Origin: an uncultured Nitrosopumilaceae archaeon
GTDB taxonomy: Archaea; Thermoproteota; Nitrososphaeria; Nitrososphaerales; Nitrosopumilaceae
NCBI GenBank assembly: GCA_964507825.1
Contig: CAZDQM010000030.1
Coordinates: 1 to 32,000 of the forward strand
DNA: 32,000 nt
Reading direction: 5' to 3'
The notes below the pieces were generated by a model that saw only the letters and a list, made by a program, of their open reading frames with translations, did not search any database and was not told the DNA's origin. Shown piece after piece: positions 6,939 through 15,266 of the stretch. The translations under genes were made by a program, and so were the position numbers. The stretch's first letter is position 1. Each line of letters opens with the position of its first letter.

Positions 6939-7100
6939 ATGAAAGGTGCGCTAGGAAATCAAATAGATATTGCAGGTGATACCAAGGAAACAACTCGAGG
7001 CAGAATCTTCAGAGTTAACCTGCAGGACCGTCTGCATCCTAATCATCACGAATTAGCAGATGGTTTTTGGGCGCCTGTGAATAGAAAGGACTTTAAGTAA
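6939..7100 (+). CDS. possible small His-rich protein (53 aa), unannotated
   Basis: ATG 6939 to TAA 7098-7100 gives MKGALGNQIDIAGDTKETTRGRIFRVNLQDRLHPNHHELADGFWAPVNRKDFK. It falls below the ORF-track length cutoff. Its composition is coding-like inside an otherwise unexplained 243-nt gap. There is no obvious promoter, and it lies downstream of the amoB terminator motif. Confidence 0.25.
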   Translation: MKGALGNQIDIAGDTKETTRGRIFRVNLQDRLHPNHHELADGFWAPVNRKDFK

Positions 7101-7118
7101 TCCTACAAAATTCTTGTC

Positions 7119-7643
7119 ATGATTTGGCCTGGAACCAATGATCCTTACAAAAGGAAAAAAACAATCAGATTTTTGGCGATCAGTGCAGGTGTTGGAGCTA
7201 TAGCTGTAATATTGACGGTTCTTGTGGTCAATCCGTTCCTAGATGCGCAGCCACACAGTGCATGCATCGATGATCTAGATACAAACTGGAAGATTTCATT
7301 TAATGTGGAATTGTACGCCGATGGCAACAAGTTAGAGGTGCCGGCAAGGGTTGGATTTATGGATAACGGATGCCAAAGGGCCATGTACACCCTGGCAAAT
7401 GACGGTGTAGTATATGCAGAATGGATTGAAGAGCACCCCTTTGAAATTGGCCACTTTTTATGGATTGCAGATTATCCAATTCGCGACATGGAAATATCAA
7501 AATCCGCACTGTATGTGAATGATGTAAAATCAGAACAATTCCTAAGACACCCAATCCAGGACGGGGCGACCTATAGGGCGGAGTTTACCACAAAGGAATA
7601 TGACGCGGCCAGAGATACAGACTTTTTGCCTCCAGATGTATAA
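7119..7643 (+). CDS. N-terminally membrane-anchored hypothetical protein
   Basis: 174-aa ORF with a basic stretch, one TM helix (IRFLAISAGVGAIAVILTVLVV) and a ~130-aa domain with two Cys and several His. TTTAAGTAAT lies about 22 nt upstream of the ATG. No family recognised. Confidence 0.65.
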   Translation: MIWPGTNDPYKRKKTIRFLAISAGVGAIAVILTVLVVNPFLDAQPHSACIDDLDTNWKISFNVELYADGNKLEVPARVGFMDNGCQRAMYTLANDGVVYAEWIEEHPFEIGHFLWIADYPIRDMEISKSALYVNDVKSEQFLRHPIQDGATYRAEFTTKEYDAARDTDFLPPDV

Positions 7644-8144
7644 GCACAAATGATAATGTTGCATGGCGCTATAGGTCCTAGACATCATAATCAAGCGACT
7701 CGGCTGCAATGATGCACGTGTTGTTTACTTTCGTTCAAAAGGTGGTTGCGTTTCGCGCCACAGGATGTTAATAGAATCCAAGAGTACGGCCACATCACTA
7801 GCCAAGCCTGCTTGGACCTGCTGTGGCACATTAATGCAGGCAGGGTGCGCAGGAATGCATGTGTGTTGTTAGGCACGATGTATTCATGCTCGTGACTAGC
7901 GCTTTTTCTCACTTAATGCATTGTACCCAAGATTGACTGGGAGTCTTTGGACCCGCGTATCTTTTATTCCGGTAGCGTTTGCCGTGAATCGACTGTTATG
8001 GCCCGTCGCGCCGTGTTCAATACCAGCGAGGGAGACCTGATGAGTAAACATGCCAGACGGGAGAAACGACTTGGGAAATTTTGCATTGTAAACTTTTAGT
8101 TTCAGATTATACAAAAATAGAATTAAAAAGAATGAAAAGAGGCC

Positions 8145-8429
8145 TTACCAGTACTTGCCGTTGTCTGGAATCAGACCGATGCCTTCTCTTTCAAAGTGTC
8201 TATCTAACTCGTCAACCCACCTCTCACGGTTGTCCTTGTATGACCAGCCGTGGACACGCAACCAGAATGCAATAATTCCTAGAAGGAAAATAACAAACAT
8301 CATCGTGCCGAAGATGTAAATCATGACATCGTAAAATAGTGGGTCATAGTTTGGCCCCAGCTGCCCTGTAAGTGTTGACAGGATGCTAAGGAACGTTCCG
8401 ACTATTGGAGTCATTAAGTTAGGAACCAT
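8145..8429 (-). CDS. small two-helix membrane protein (94 aa), amo-neighbourhood
   Basis: The ORF has hydrophobic segments PIVGTFLSILSTLTG and VMIYIFGTMMFVIFLLGIIAFWL, then a charged tail. A T-rich CTCTTTTCATTCTTTTT motif follows the stop. Confidence 0.65.
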   Translation of the reverse strand: MVPNLMTPIVGTFLSILSTLTGQLGPNYDPLFYDVMIYIFGTMMFVIFLLGIIAFWLRVHGWSYKDNRERWVDELDRHFEREGIGLIPDNGKYW

Positions 8430-8609
8430 ATTTCTGCGATATATAGATTTCTGTTAGCGTGGTTTGTGTCAAATCATGCCCAGTCTTACAAAAATGGACC
8501 AAGTTTCATGCCTCGAATATACGGTCAAATCCCCCTTGCCGACGGCAATGCCTAGAATGGCAACAATTACTAGAAAAATCCAATAAAATAAGAAAGAGTA
8601 ATGGTTGAA

Positions 8610-8939
8610 TTAACCTCTGCCCATGGCAGCGTACTTGCCACTGCGTGACCTGAAGAAGAATGCTGCGGCAATTCCGCCAAAGACTGCGCCTGCGATTGCA
8701 GATGCACCAAGCACACCACTTGCATCCAAGTAAGGTGTGCCAGAACCACTAGCCGGGTTTTCCATAACAGCATCAATTCTTCGTTTTTGTATGTCCAAGG
8801 CTTCTTCTAGTGTGTGTTTGCCTGTTTCTCCGCCTTCGCCGACGTTACCAAGGTATGTAGCATATGCGACTCCGATGAATCCCATACTGCCCATGGCGAT
8901 TACGGACAACAGTCCCACGAATAGTATTGTTTTATTCAT
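8610..8939 (-). CDS. small membrane protein (109 aa) with N-terminal signal/anchor and C-terminal TM helix
   Basis: The N-terminus is MNKTILFVGLLSVIAMGSMGFIGVAYA. The C-terminus is GASAIAGAVFGGIAAAFFFRSRSGK. A T-rich sequence follows the stop. Confidence 0.65.
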   Translation of the reverse strand: MNKTILFVGLLSVIAMGSMGFIGVAYATYLGNVGEGGETGKHTLEEALDIQKRRIDAVMENPASGSGTPYLDASGVLGASAIAGAVFGGIAAAFFFRSRSGKYAAMGRG

Positions 8940-9064
8940 ACCGTCTTACCTAATACAATGATGTTACCAAGCTTATTTAATCTTTATTTTGGACACAGGC
9001 ACAATAATTTTTAGCGAAATCCGTCAAAGTAACGTTTAATTCTGTAATCAAGATCCACGTCCAC

Positions 9065-9514
9065 ATGGGAAGGCTTCACAGTCACAGGCACGGCAAATCA
9101 CACTCGATCAGGCCGGTCACAGCTATGGCCCCCTCATGGATCACGCAAACCCCGCAGGATGTGGAGGGACTGGTGATAAAATATTCAAAGGACGGCCTTA
9201 CTCCAAGCCAGATTGGAATCAAGCTAAGGGACCAACATGCCATTCCGCTGACAAAGCCAATTACAAAAAAGACTGTGGGGCAGATTCTAAAAGAAAACAA
9301 CCTAGAGGCCGACATGCCAGAGGATCTTGAAAACATTGTCAAAAAGGCAGTCGGCTTGCAAAGGCACCTAAAGGCAAACAAGGGCGACAGAAGAAACGTC
9401 AGATCCCTTGAATTGATCGAGGCCAAGGTTCACAGGCTTTCGGTCTATTACAAAAGAATCGGCAGGATTCCTCAAAACTGGAAATATAAGTCAGTGGTAG
9501 CCCAACTAGAGTGA
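9065..9514 (+). CDS. rps15: 30S ribosomal protein S15 (uS15; S15P/S13e)
   Basis: 149 aa: MGRLHSHRHGKSHSIRP...GLTPSQIGIKLRDQHAIP...RHLKANKGDRRNVRSLELIEAKVHRLSVYYKR. This is the classic archaeal S15. Confidence 0.95.
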   Translation: MGRLHSHRHGKSHSIRPVTAMAPSWITQTPQDVEGLVIKYSKDGLTPSQIGIKLRDQHAIPLTKPITKKTVGQILKENNLEADMPEDLENIVKKAVGLQRHLKANKGDRRNVRSLELIEAKVHRLSVYYKRIGRIPQNWKYKSVVAQLE

Positions 9515-9517
9515 GAC

Positions 9518-10939
9518 ATGGTTCAGAATCTAGATGACGCATTATCAGGCTTTAGTGATAAAATTTCAGAGATCATAAAATCCGAGAAATCGATCTCGGT
9601 AACAACCCACATTGATTGTGACGGGCTGACCTCAGGAAGTATAATGACAAAGGCCCTGATTCGGGCCGGGGCAAACGTGACGGTCAGGACATCAAAGGAG
9701 TTCAGCTCCAGAGTGATAGATTCCATAAGCCAAGACAAGAGAGATTTTCACATAGTAACGGATCTTGGCGGCGGGTTTGGAACGGAGATGGATGAAAAGC
9801 TGGGCGAAGATTGGTTTGTTTTGGATCATCACGAAATATCCGAAGACGAAATGGAGAATCCCCGGATCATCAATTCCTGGAAATATGGCATCAACGGGGG
9901 CCGCGATATTTGTGCAGGAGGAATGGCATACTTGGCTGCGCATGCAATGAGTGAAAAAAACTCGGATTTGTCGGCGATTGCCGTGGTCTCAGCCCTAGGA
10001 GACAGACAGGATCAGGGTGAAAAAAAGGGCATGGTTGGCAAGAATGGCGAGATTGCAGATGTGGCAAGGGACCTCGGCCTGCTCAACATGGATCTTGACT
10101 TGCTACTCGTAGGACGGGAGACGAGGCCCCTTGCAGATGCACTAGCATTTACATCGCAGCCGTTTATTGAAGGCCTCACATGGAACAGGGATTCGTGTTA
10201 CTCCCTACTCCAGTCATCAGGCATCCCACTAAAGAACGGCGGAAGATGGAGAGTCCCTGCGGAACTGACCGAGGATGAAAAACGAACGCTGATCGAGGCA
10301 ATAGCCCGGTTTACATCTGGAAAGAATGCAACCAATATAATGTCCGAATTAATCGGACATACCTACACGTTCCAGAGGGAGGATGAACGAAGCTTCCTGC
10401 GGGACGGCAGGGAGTTTTCAACCATGCTAAACTCATGCGGCCGCATAAACAAATCAGGAGTCGGCATAGCAATCTGCATGGGAGACAGAAACAAGATTTT
10501 AACAGAGGGTGAGGGCATCCTTACCGAATACAGGGCAATGATCAGGGAATACATGAACATCCTGTCAAATGAGAGGTGGAGGGTTTCAGAAAGCGAGGCC
10601 TGCGTAATGGTCAACGGTGAAGGAGTCGTGCCAGAAACGATGACTGGGACCATGTCGTCGTTGATCGCAGGATCACCGAAAAATATCGGAAAGATTGTAA
10701 TCCTGAGAACCAATAGTGAGGAAGGCGCCATCAAATTTTCGTCCAGAAAATCCCTTGGTTGCAAATCTGATGTGAACCTAAGTGAGTTGATGAGAACCGG
10801 GGCTGAAAAATTCGACGGAATTGGCGGTGGCCATGATGCCGCGGCGGGCGCAAAGATAACCAAAGACAAATTAGATGGATTCTTGGATTATCTAGAAACC
10901 AATGTCGTTAAAGTATCAAGTTCAGGTAATACTGAATAA
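9518..10939 (+). CDS. DHH/DHHA1 phosphoesterase, archaeal RecJ/Cdc45-like (GAN-type) nuclease
   Basis: Motifs HIDCDGLTSG, VTDLGGG, VLDHHE and GIGGGHDAAAGA. 473 aa. Located next to rps15, as in many archaea. Confidence 0.85.
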   Translation: MVQNLDDALSGFSDKISEIIKSEKSISVTTHIDCDGLTSGSIMTKALIRAGANVTVRTSKEFSSRVIDSISQDKRDFHIVTDLGGGFGTEMDEKLGEDWFVLDHHEISEDEMENPRIINSWKYGINGGRDICAGGMAYLAAHAMSEKNSDLSAIAVVSALGDRQDQGEKKGMVGKNGEIADVARDLGLLNMDLDLLLVGRETRPLADALAFTSQPFIEGLTWNRDSCYSLLQSSGIPLKNGGRWRVPAELTEDEKRTLIEAIARFTSGKNATNIMSELIGHTYTFQREDERSFLRDGREFSTMLNSCGRINKSGVGIAICMGDRNKILTEGEGILTEYRAMIREYMNILSNERWRVSESEACVMVNGEGVVPETMTGTMSSLIAGSPKNIGKIVILRTNSEEGAIKFSSRKSLGCKSDVNLSELMRTGAEKFDGIGGGHDAAAGAKITKDKLDGFLDYLETNVVKVSSSGNTE

Positions 10940-11144
10940 CATTTCGATGGAAAAGGCCATGGCAGTCAGAAATGCCCTAGAGCCCGACAATGTGGATTTC
11001 CCAAAAGGCCAAAGTCTGGATGTAAGAAATACAGACAATGGACTTGTTTTTGATTTTCAGGGCAGCGGGGACATGAGAAAGTTCATCGCCACCATAGACG
11101 AGGTGCTAGAACATACCCAGGTTGCGCTAAAGGTGATTGAATAA
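10902..11144 (+). CDS. KEOPS subunit Pcc1-like protein
   Basis: 80 aa with the pattern YQVQVILNN...AMAVRNALEPDNVDFP...LVFDFQGS..MRKFIATIDEVLEHTQVALKVIE, typical of Pcc1/CTAG. It overlaps the RecJ-like 3' end by 38 nt, and its stop overlaps the serS ATG by 1 nt. Confidence 0.65.
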   Translation: MSLKYQVQVILNNISMEKAMAVRNALEPDNVDFPKGQSLDVRNTDNGLVFDFQGSGDMRKFIATIDEVLEHTQVALKVIE

Positions 11145-12406
11145 TGCTGGACCCAAAAATACTCAAGGAAGATCGAGGGAGGGTTCAGGGAATGCTCAAA
11201 GACAGAGGCGTAGATTTTGATCTAAACGGACTGATAGAGGCAGACAGGCAGCGGCGAGATCTAATCATGAGAACTGATAAAATCAGGGCGAGAAAAAACA
11301 CGATGGCGCGGCAAATTGCAGAGAAGAAAAAGTCCGGAGACGATGCTGGCCAAGCCTTGTCCGAAATGAAGGAGATCTCTGCAGATCTTGCAAGGCTGGA
11401 ATTGGAACAAGAGGAGTCAGGTAAAATATATGAAAATCTGGCATTTGCAATCCCCAACCTAATCGACGAGTCTGTGCCAATCGGTCACGACCAGACCGCA
11501 AACGTGGAAGAGAGGAGATGGGGCAACATACCACGATTTGATTTTGATGTAAAGAATCATGTCGACTTGGCAAGCAGGTTAAACCTAGTAGATCTGGAGA
11601 GGGCGGCAAAGGTTTCAGGGGCCAGGTTTTATTATCTACGAGGCGATCTGGTAAAGCTAAACCATGCCCTGATTCAATACGCCTTGGATTTTGTGGAAGA
11701 AAAAGGGTATACGCTAGTGCAGCCGCCATACATGATCAAACGAGACTCCATGGAGGGCGCCGTTATTGCAGATGACTTTGAGGAGGTAATATACAAGGTG
11801 GAAGGCGAGGATTTATTCATGATTGGAACCTCCGAACACGCCATGGCAGCAATGCATGCAAACGAGATTCTAGATGGCAATGCCATGCCGATAAGGTATG
11901 CAGGAGTCAGCCCGTGCTTTAGAAAAGAGGCTGGCGCCCACGGCCGCGATCAAAAGGGAATCTTTAGGGTACATCAGTTTGAAAAGATAGAGCAGTTTGT
12001 CTTTGCAAGGCCCGAAGAGTCCAAGGCAGAACATGAAAGGATGCTGACGGTGGCAGAAGAATTTTATCAAAGTCTGGAAATTCCCTACAGGGTCATGTTG
12101 CTGTCTAGTGCAGACATGGGAAAGATCTCAGCGAAGACATGGGATATCGAGGCGTGGATGGCAGGCCAGAACGCCTACAGAGAGATCGTCTCATGCTCCA
12201 ACTGCTGGGAATACCAGGCAAGAAGACTCAAGATCAGGTTTAGAGACAGGACAAATGACGATACGATGTACCTGCACACCCTGAACAGCACCCTAGTTGC
12301 AACCACGCGTGTTCTAGTATCCATCATGGAAAACTTTCAGACCAAGGATGGTCACGTGGAAATTCCAAGGGTGCTTCAGCAGTATACTGGAAAGCAGTCA
12401 ATATAG
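11144..12406 (+). CDS. serS: seryl-tRNA synthetase
   Basis: 420 aa with an N-terminal coiled-coil arm (MLDPKILKED...) and a class II core (RFYYLRGDL, FRKEAGAHGRDQKGIFRVHQFEKIEQF, LNSTLVATTR). Confidence 0.95.
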   Translation: MLDPKILKEDRGRVQGMLKDRGVDFDLNGLIEADRQRRDLIMRTDKIRARKNTMARQIAEKKKSGDDAGQALSEMKEISADLARLELEQEESGKIYENLAFAIPNLIDESVPIGHDQTANVEERRWGNIPRFDFDVKNHVDLASRLNLVDLERAAKVSGARFYYLRGDLVKLNHALIQYALDFVEEKGYTLVQPPYMIKRDSMEGAVIADDFEEVIYKVEGEDLFMIGTSEHAMAAMHANEILDGNAMPIRYAGVSPCFRKEAGAHGRDQKGIFRVHQFEKIEQFVFARPEESKAEHERMLTVAEEFYQSLEIPYRVMLLSSADMGKISAKTWDIEAWMAGQNAYREIVSCSNCWEYQARRLKIRFRDRTNDDTMYLHTLNSTLVATTRVLVSIMENFQTKDGHVEIPRVLQQYTGKQSI

Positions 12407-12568
12407 GCGCGCGTCGGACTCGCCGGACCCTTACGCGCTCAACGATACATGTACAATACCATCGAATACAGGCTAGGCCGAGATGCATCTGGAATATAAT
12501 ACTGATCTAATCCATGTTCGCATCACATTCAGATCAACTTATATTTTGGATTCAAAGGGCGTTAGTAA

Positions 12569-13180
12569 TTGGCACGTAGAAAGACCAGAGTAAAGGACAA
12601 GTGGAGGGAAAAGCGCTGGATCAACATATACGCGCCCGAGTCATTTAACAATGCGCCGATAGCGCAGGTTCCAATTACGGATGACGAGAAGGCCATTGGC
12701 AGGGTGGTTGAAATTACACTATTCGATATACTAAAGGGGGACCCGTCACAGCACCAGTACAAGATATACTTTCAAATCGACAGTGTCAAGGACGACAAGG
12801 CAACCTCAATCTTCAAGCGTTATGAATATTCAAAAGAGTTTTTGAGAAGCCTGATCAGGCGCGGCTCATCCAAGGTTAACTTTATCATTGATGCAAAGAC
12901 AAAGGACGGGAACAGCTTTAGAATCAAGGTAATCATCCTGACTCACAGGCAGCTTAACACGTCAAGAAAGCATGCGCTAAGGCTCATTGCAAAGGACATA
13001 ATCGAAAAATCAGTTCCGGAAATGACAATTGAGCAGTTCGTCCAGGCGGCATGCTACGGCAAGATTAACTCAGATATCATGGCATCAGCTAAAAAACTAA
13101 TCAGAGTCAGGCATGTGGGCCTTGAAAAGGTCAAACTGGTCAAAACTGCCGCGGCGGAGACCGTGCTGCTAGAAGCATAG
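12569..13180 (+). CDS. rps3ae: 30S ribosomal protein S3Ae (eS1)
   Basis: 203 aa: ARRKTRVKDKWREKRWINIYAPESFNNAPIAQ...GRVVEITLFDI. The start codon is TTG. Confidence 0.95.
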   Translation: MARRKTRVKDKWREKRWINIYAPESFNNAPIAQVPITDDEKAIGRVVEITLFDILKGDPSQHQYKIYFQIDSVKDDKATSIFKRYEYSKEFLRSLIRRGSSKVNFIIDAKTKDGNSFRIKVIILTHRQLNTSRKHALRLIAKDIIEKSVPEMTIEQFVQAACYGKINSDIMASAKKLIRVRHVGLEKVKLVKTAAAETVLLEA

Positions 13181-13194
13181 CGTTTGCGGTTTCC

Positions 13195-13620
13195 ATGAGA
13201 CTAAAGGTGGAAGTCACCATCGACATAATCATCCATGCAACAGAGGATGTGAATAAATTCTACAACTCGTTTGAGGGATTGTTCTGCATGGACCAAGATG
13301 CGTTCATAGCGCGCGAGGTCGAGGGGCATTTTAACAATCCAATCCTCATGCTTCATGCCAGGATTTCAAATGACGCGGCAGCAATAGTGCTTGAAAAGAT
13401 CGCATCAGGCCTGCCAAAACATGAAAGGGAGATGGTCCTAGACAGCATAGATGAGAGAATGGACAGCTCTGGCCTCCACCTCAGAATAAGCAAGCAGGGA
13501 TTTGTCCGGGGAAGGATTGCATTGGAGGAAAGAGACGCAATCAAAATTAGGATATACAAGCCCGTATACAGAAAAAAGGAGACAATTCAGGAATACAAGG
13601 GCCTGCTAAATTTCAGTTAA
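13195..13620 (+). CDS. DUF54/UPF0201-like RNA-binding protein (COG1325, exosome-superoperon associated)
   Basis: 141-aa ORF directly after rps3ae, its usual archaeal partner. The sequence (VEVTIDIIIHATEDVNKF...LHLRISKQ...) fits my recollection of the family. Not HMM-verified. Confidence 0.5.
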   Translation: MRLKVEVTIDIIIHATEDVNKFYNSFEGLFCMDQDAFIAREVEGHFNNPILMLHARISNDAAAIVLEKIASGLPKHEREMVLDSIDERMDSSGLHLRISKQGFVRGRIALEERDAIKIRIYKPVYRKKETIQEYKGLLNFS

Positions 13621-13653
13621 ATTAAATATGAAAGGCCACGTCAATACACGGGA

Positions 13654-13714
13654 ATGAGGAGATAATAGCCGCTCCAGTCTGAGCGAGAGCATTGAAGACG
13701 CCGCGACGATCCGA
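13654..13714 (+). ncRNA. weak candidate C/D-box sRNA
   Basis: Layout: ATGAGGA (C-like) - 18 nt - CTGA (D') - 9 nt - TTGAAGA (C'-like) - 12 nt - CCGA (D-like), flanked by GGG...CCC. The total of 61 nt is typical. However, three of the four boxes are degenerate and the first spacer is too long. Confidence 0.15.
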
Positions 13715-13759
13715 CCCCAACCTATTCTAAAAAAGCAAGATGGTTTTAAATACAGAGGC

Positions 13760-15232
13760 ATGAAGTTTTTTTGCGTGGTAGACTATGATGTTATAATAGC
13801 AGGTGGCGGATTGGCCGGCACGGTTACGGCCCAGTCCGTACTATACCATTCAAACCAGAGTTTAAGGGTCCTAGTTGTTGATAGAAACCCGACAAACCTT
13901 CCAGGGCAAAAAAGCGTCTCAGGATGGATCTGCGGGGACGCGGTTAGCAAGGAGGCGGTGGACTTTATGACGGACAGGATCAAGGTGTCCTGGGGAGAGC
14001 CGGAGATCGAACATTATGTAAAGGGTGTCATGGCTTTTTCGCCGGACAGGGAAACGGCAATTCCATTTGACGGGGACGGATACATGCTTAATCGAAGGTT
14101 GTTGCCCGAAATACAAAACGGCCGCACCCAGAAGATGGGGGCAGATTTTGACTTTGACATAAATCTGATGGGATTAATTTACGATGGGGATCAGGTGATT
14201 GGAGTGAGGGGGATCAATTCGCAAACCAAAAAAGATTACAAAAAGACTGCCAAAATAGTCATTGATGCTACTGGAATGACGTCGATGCTGCGCAACCAGA
14301 TTTCTAACACGACAAAGATGGAGCGCAAGGTTGACAGACGGGACGTAGAGTCGACTGGAAGACACATCATGTACTTTGAAGATGGTGCAGAGGATCTGAC
14401 AGAGTTTGATCCAGATTATTGCATCATCCACCTAGACCAGGACATTGCCCCGGGCGGATATGGATGGGTGTTTCCAAAAGGAAAAAACAAGGTAAACATC
14501 GGACTGGGGGTGGAAAAGACGCTCCTAGAGGCAAGAAACAAGAGACTGGGAAAAAAGGACAACGTAACGACCCTGATAAACGAGTATGTTCAGAGAAACC
14601 GCGCAATCAGGAACCCCCAAGTCTCCAATGATGATATCGACAGGGAAAACGCAACTGGAAACTTTCAGGTCTCCGTGAGGAGGCAGAACGACTGCATGGT
14701 TGCAAACGGATTCATGCTAGTAGGCGATTCGGCATGGATGCCAAAGCCGCTTGATGCGGGCGGGATAGGCCCCGCACTTGTTGCCGGAACCATAGCTGGA
14801 AAATGTGCCACGGAGGCAATCGAGTCCGGAGACGTTACCGAGAGGGGATTATGGAGATACAACAAGGAGTTTGTCAACGAATACGGCTACAAGACGGCAG
14901 GATTGGAGATCTTCAGACGGCTGATTCAAACCCTGACAAACGACCAAATCAGCTACGGAATGAAGCATTTCCTAGGAAATCTCGATGTTGAGGCGATCTC
15001 AAAGGGGGAGCATCCCGACTTTAGCAACCTAGGCAAGCTGTCCATGATGATCAGGGGGGCCCTGAACAAGAAATTGGCAAGCGGCCTACGGTTCACAACA
15101 CAGCAAAACAGGCTGCTAACGGATCATTACTATAATTATCCAGATGAGCCAGAAGGGTTTTCCGAGTGGAGTAAAAGACTGCACCAGATTCTAGACGAGT
15201 CCAATTCCAAGCTTACACAGTACCAAAACTAA
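13760..15232 (+). CDS. FAD-dependent geranylgeranyl reductase family protein (long paralogue)
   Basis: DYDVIIAGGGLAGTVTA dinucleotide-binding motif, GGYGWVFPKGKNKVNIGLGV and MLVGDSAWMPKPLDAGGIGPAL, all typical of the GGR family. At 490 aa it has a C-terminal extension. Confidence 0.85.
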   Translation: MKFFCVVDYDVIIAGGGLAGTVTAQSVLYHSNQSLRVLVVDRNPTNLPGQKSVSGWICGDAVSKEAVDFMTDRIKVSWGEPEIEHYVKGVMAFSPDRETAIPFDGDGYMLNRRLLPEIQNGRTQKMGADFDFDINLMGLIYDGDQVIGVRGINSQTKKDYKKTAKIVIDATGMTSMLRNQISNTTKMERKVDRRDVESTGRHIMYFEDGAEDLTEFDPDYCIIHLDQDIAPGGYGWVFPKGKNKVNIGLGVEKTLLEARNKRLGKKDNVTTLINEYVQRNRAIRNPQVSNDDIDRENATGNFQVSVRRQNDCMVANGFMLVGDSAWMPKPLDAGGIGPALVAGTIAGKCATEAIESGDVTERGLWRYNKEFVNEYGYKTAGLEIFRRLIQTLTNDQISYGMKHFLGNLDVEAISKGEHPDFSNLGKLSMMIRGALNKKLASGLRFTTQQNRLLTDHYYNYPDEPEGFSEWSKRLHQILDESNSKLTQYQN

Positions 15233-15266
15233 GACTTATTTGTAAAACGTCACGCAGATTGCTTGA

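Noticed and set aside
7765-7872. 35-codon ORF encoding a Cys-rich peptide (…WTCCGTLMQAGCAGMHVCC). It is tempting as a copper-binding peptide or RiPP precursor near amo genes.
   Set aside because: It is too short to distinguish from chance and has no promoter or adjacent maturation enzymes. The Cys codons derive from the same GC-rich palindromic segments that look like RNA stems. It is noted only within the gap finding.
8037-8067. Hammerhead-ribozyme-like core CTGATGA ... GAAAC.
   Set aside because: The nucleotides that should form helix II (directly after CUGAUGA and directly before GAAA) are not complementary. No matching helix I/III or cleavage triplet could be placed. It is a chance occurrence of two short motifs.
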